Shown here piece by piece: positions 63,552 to 64,000 of a DNA stretch of 64,000 nucleotides. The position numbers and the translations under genes are program-made. Position 1 is the stretch's first letter, and each line of letters opens with the position of its first letter. Under the pieces are notes generated by a model that saw nothing but the letters and a program-made list of their open reading frames with translations, was not told the origin of the DNA and made no database searches. The stretch covers positions 41,542 to 105,541 of the forward strand of contig CALVIN010000005.1 in assembly GCA_944330115.1 (NCBI GenBank), read 5' to 3'. This stretch comes from an uncultured Clostridia bacterium. GTDB taxonomy: Bacteria > Bacillota > Clostridia > Christensenellales > Borkfalkiaceae.

Positions 63552-64000
63552 CTAAAATACTATACCTTCTCTGTTTGTTACGAGCGCCGTTATGCACAGC
63601 ATACCGTTATTCGTCAGCAGTATAGTAACTCTGCCGTATTCGGCGGCCGTACAATTCTCGCTCCACACCACACCGTCGGCGGCGCGCTCCTTTACTATCT
63701 CATAGCCATAACTTGTGAGCACCTGACTGAACTGCTCGGGCGAGCTGTTGCAGGTTATGCCGTATAAACTTATTTCGGGGTCGGCGATCTCTATTGTAGT
63801 TACAAACATGCCGCCATCGGAATAGTCCGGCCAGGCGGTGCAGATATACCTTACATACGGCCCGGCTGCGGTATAAAACCCCTCTCCCTCATCTATGACA
63901 ACAGAATCGGGCGTGTAAAAGGCGCTTGCGCCGAACCAGCCGGCCTCCGACATATACCCGTTGAAATCGGTATATGAAACCTCTTCGGTTATCCAGAAAT
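63552..64000 (-). CDS. Hypothetical protein, probably truncated by the window end
   Basis: The track ORF starts at Met 63953, but the frame stays open upstream to position 64000 (...FWITEEVSYTDFNGYMSEAGW...). Confidence 0.4.
   Translation of the reverse strand, partial: FWITEEVSYTDFNGYMSEAGWFGASAFYTPDSVVIDEGEGFYTAAGPYVRYICTAWPDYSDGGMFVTTIEIADPEISLYGITCNSSPEQFSQVLTSYGYEIVKERAADGVVWSENCTAAEYGRVTILLTNNGMLCITALVTNREGIVF

Noticed and set aside
1-64000. Search for tRNA, rRNA, tmRNA, integrase/transposase genes, prophage modules or recognisable defence systems (restriction-modification, CBASS, toxin-antitoxin, retron RT)
   Set aside because: None was found by eye. No cloverleaf-like acceptor/T-arm signatures, no recombinase-like ORFs and no RT/nuclease/ATPase defence-type gene sets are present. 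The isolated HNH-like gene (12971-13414) has no partner genes.

Overview
This 64-kb chromosomal segment looks like a GC-rich Firmicutes/Clostridia-type genome. That guess rests on gene order, strong Shine-Dalgarno (SD) sites and an N-terminally extended L27. About 70 protein genes are supported, mostly on the minus strand. They include translation and housekeeping clusters: rpsB-tsf, pyrH-frr-uppS-cdsA-dxr-rseP, rpmG-secE-nusG-rplK-rplA, rplJ-rplL, and a radical-SAM pair followed by RNase G, rplU and rpmA. They also include nrdD/nrdG, glpK, glcK-rex, dut, hpt, transporters and redox enzymes. Recognisable cis-regulators are a TPP riboswitch (thiT-like gene), a probable yybP-ykoY Mn2+ riboswitch (P-type ATPase), tandem NrdR boxes (nrdD), a repeated palindromic operator (Rrf2 regulon) and an L10-leader-like attenuator. 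The main anomaly is a 2.5-kb protein-free interval at 25067-27580. Its core, about 25426-26768, has a consensus promoter (UP-like tract, TTGACA, TGnTATAAT), an intrinsic terminator and many hairpins, but no credible ORF. I read it as a candidate giant structured ncRNA that I cannot assign to any known family by eye. The window also carries three unusual intergenic element classes. First, a roughly 320-bp structured repeat in 2 full and 1 partial copies, with compensatory stem substitutions between copies. Second, a GC-rich hairpin repeat family (GAAACCCCTCCGTCAC ... CACCTCCCCTCGAAGGGGAGGTG) at six loci. Third, A/T-only aattaaat-type tracts that abut gene 3' ends at nine loci. All family calls are motif-level judgements made by eye; no searches or folding programs were run.
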